The notes beneath the pieces were generated by a model, which saw nothing but the letters and a program-made list of their open reading frames with translations, was not told the origin of the DNA and did not search any database. The position numbers and the translations under genes are program-made. From an uncultured Spirochaetota bacterium (GTDB taxonomy: Bacteria; Spirochaetota; Spirochaetia; SZUA-6; Fen-1364), in contig CAWAHW010000007.1 in NCBI GenBank assembly GCA_963781885.1, positions 512,001-576,000 of the forward strand: a stretch of 64,000 bases of DNA, given 5' to 3'. Below, piece after piece: positions 61,960 to 64,000 of the stretch (position 1 is its first letter; every line of letters starts with the position of its first letter).

Positions 61960-62377
61960 ATGGAAGCGCAGCTTCTCCGCGCGTGGCTGGAGACCCGGGC
62001 CGTCATCACCTTCTCCCGTTCATCGGGTCCCGGGCGGCCAGAACGTCAACAAGACCAGCACGCGCGCCACTCTTTTCGCCCCCCTGCGGCAGATCGACGG
62101 CCTCACCGAGGAGGAGAAGGGAAGGCTGCTCGTGAAGCTGCGCGCAAGGCTCACCGTGGACGACGTGCTGATCGTGTCCGTCCAGGACACGCGCAGCCAG
62201 CTCCAGAACCGGACGCTCGCCGTGGAGCGGGCCTACGGCATTCTGCAGAAGGGGCTGCGCCGCGACCGGCCGCGCCGGCCGTCGCGCCCGACACGGGCGT
62301 CGCGCGAGCGCCGCCTGCAGTCCAAGCACGTCGCCTCGCGCGCAAAGCAGAGACGAGCCCGGCCCGCCGAGGAGTGA
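61960..62377 (+). CDS. arfB: ribosome rescue factor ArfB/YaeJ (apparent +1 frameshift at ~62030)
   Basis: FSRSSGP in one frame; GGQNVNKTS...RSQLQNR...RPTRASRERRL in the next. Confidence 0.88.
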
Positions 62378-62471
62378 AGGCGTCACCGGGGAACCGGGGG
62401 CCGCGCCGAACACGCCCCGCCGCCCTTGCCCCGGAAACGGGGATGGGCGATACTCGAAGCCGGAGGTGCGC

Positions 62472-62969
62472 ATGAAACGAAGTATCACGTTTCCGATCGT
62501 CGCCGTGCTAGCGCTCGGAGTGCTTGCGCCGACCTTTGCGCAGACGAAGAACAAGTCGGATACCCGGGTGGCCGCCATCCTGAGCGATCTCGGCCTCACC
62601 TACAAGGTCAATTCGAGCGGCAACTACGCCATCACCTACGACGAGGGCAATGACCGCACGCAGGTCGTCTACGTCATGTCGACCACCGACACCTACCAGG
62701 GCATCGAGATCCGTGAGATATGGTCCATCGCCGGAAGCTTCGACAGCGAGCCGGACGCCACCCAGCTCCTCGACCTGATGAAGCAGAGCGGGAAGAACAA
62801 GATCGGCGACTGGGCGCTGGAGGAGCAGGACGACGGGACGTACCTCCTTTTCTATACGATCAAGAGCCCGGTGAAGATCGACAATGCGGCGTTCAAGATG
62901 ATGCTCCAGTTCGCCGCCGACGTCGCCGACGAGCAGGAAAAGGCGATCTTCGACACCGACGACAACTGA
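62472..62969 (+). CDS. exported protein, YbjN-like fold suspected
   Basis: Signal peptide; RTQVVYV, EIREIWS, KIGDW, ADVADEQEK; GGAGG RBS. Confidence 0.7.
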   Translation: MKRSITFPIVAVLALGVLAPTFAQTKNKSDTRVAAILSDLGLTYKVNSSGNYAITYDEGNDRTQVVYVMSTTDTYQGIEIREIWSIAGSFDSEPDATQLLDLMKQSGKNKIGDWALEEQDDGTYLLFYTIKSPVKIDNAAFKMMLQFAADVADEQEKAIFDTDDN

Positions 62970-63050
62970 TCCCGCCTCGGAGACGCCGGCGCCGCCCCTC
63001 CGCGGCTTGCCCTTCCGCAAAGAGCGTCTCCTCCTGTAGAATCCGTACAC

Positions 63051-64000
63051 ATGAAACCCACTGCCGGGATACTCCTGTCCGACTACGGCTCGCTTTCGCG
63101 TGCTCCTTCGCCGGTGAATCGCATGATGTCCTCCTTTGCCGCGGATTTTCGCGAGGGCGTCGACATCAACCTGGGGGTGGGCTACGTCAATGAGAACACC
63201 ATCCCGCGCGCCCTGATCCAGGACGCCCTCCGGGAAGTCCTGGCCCGGCCGGATCGCTACAAGTCGCCCCTGAACTACGGCGGTCCCCCGGGATCGCCCA
63301 CGCTCATCGAATCCATCCGCCGCTACCACGTCACCCGGGGCGTCGGCGGGCTCACCGACGGCGAGCTTTCCCGTCGACGGATCATCGTCGGACCCAACGG
63401 CGCCACGAGCCTGCTGGAAGGGCTCGCCTATGTCCTGCGTCCCGGCATCGTGATCACGTCGGACCCCATGTATTACATCTACTGCGATTTTCTGGAGCGG
63501 CGTGGCTTCACGGTCGTCACCGTGCCGGAGAGGCTCGACGGGCTGCACGCGGAGGACGTGGAGGCCCGGCTGGAAAGGCTGGGCGACTCTGTCTCCGACA
63601 TCAGCTTTTTCTATATCGTGACGGTGAACAATCCCACGTGCGACAATCATCGCCAACGCGGAGCGCACCGCCATCGTCCGGCTCGTGGCCGCCCTGTCGC
63701 GGAAGCTCGGCCGGACGATCCCCCTGGTGCTCGACAAGGCCTACGAGGACATGATCCACGATCCGGGCGTGCCGAAGCCGCGATCGGGTCTTCTGGACGA
63801 CGAGGATGGAGGGGTGTTCGAGATCGGCACGCTGTCGAAGATCATCGCCCCGTCCCTGCGCATCGGCTACTTGATCGGCACGGACGGCCCCTTTCTCCAG
63901 GCCATGATCCAGCGCACGAGCGATGCCGGCTTCAGCGGGCCGCTCATCAATCAGGAGATCGCGAGCTGGCTGCTTGATCACGCGCTGGACGGCCAGCTTC
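63051..64000 (+). CDS. PLP-dependent aminotransferase class I/II (3' truncated by window; apparent +1 frameshift at ~63642)
   Basis: INLGVG, LNYG, NNPT; after the shift VLDKAY and [15 protein letters not shown]. Confidence 0.88.

Noticed and set aside
62020-62045. Programmed frameshift in arfB analogous to prfB
   Set aside because: No CTT-TGA slippery site, internal stop or upstream SD. It matches the window-wide +1 insertion error pattern.

Overview
This is a GC-rich bacterial chromosomal window, densely coding, with about 50 genes. It most likely comes from a free-living Spirochaetota genome; this is inferred from the tandem-cNMP protein, the STAS+Zn-ribbon protein, the 7TM-DISM cyclase and the TPR-SLH lipoprotein. 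I found no rRNA, tRNA, CRISPR array, phage or transposase. Main content: an Lhr helicase end; a response regulator/triple-PDZ/histidine kinase module; the operon ackA-hisI-hisG-Ca ATPase-thyA-folA; a complete F-type atpBEFHAGDC operon; an AAA/vWA pair; metA; a DHA2 MFS; htpG; an adenylate cyclase; a beta-mannosidase; an alternative sigma-70 factor; mgtA-EIIA-PAP2; DHH and PHP phosphoesterases; TolC/MacA/MacB with a two-component system; arfB; and an aminotransferase. At least six genes, including atpB, carry apparent +1 insertions that are probably sequencing errors. The most notable observations are: (1) an unannotated 30-aa, 50%-Lys gene with its own consensus promoter and terminator; (2) an identical 15-bp TTAAC-N5-TTAAC box upstream of both the protease-less PDZ gene and the sigma factor gene 40 kb away; (3) a degenerate AtpA P-loop together with a truncated epsilon subunit; (4) a candidate leader-peptide attenuator before mgtA; (5) a dispersed REP/MITE-like palindrome family; (6) several apparently leaderless promoters. 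All functional interpretations are hypotheses from reading the sequence; no searches were run.
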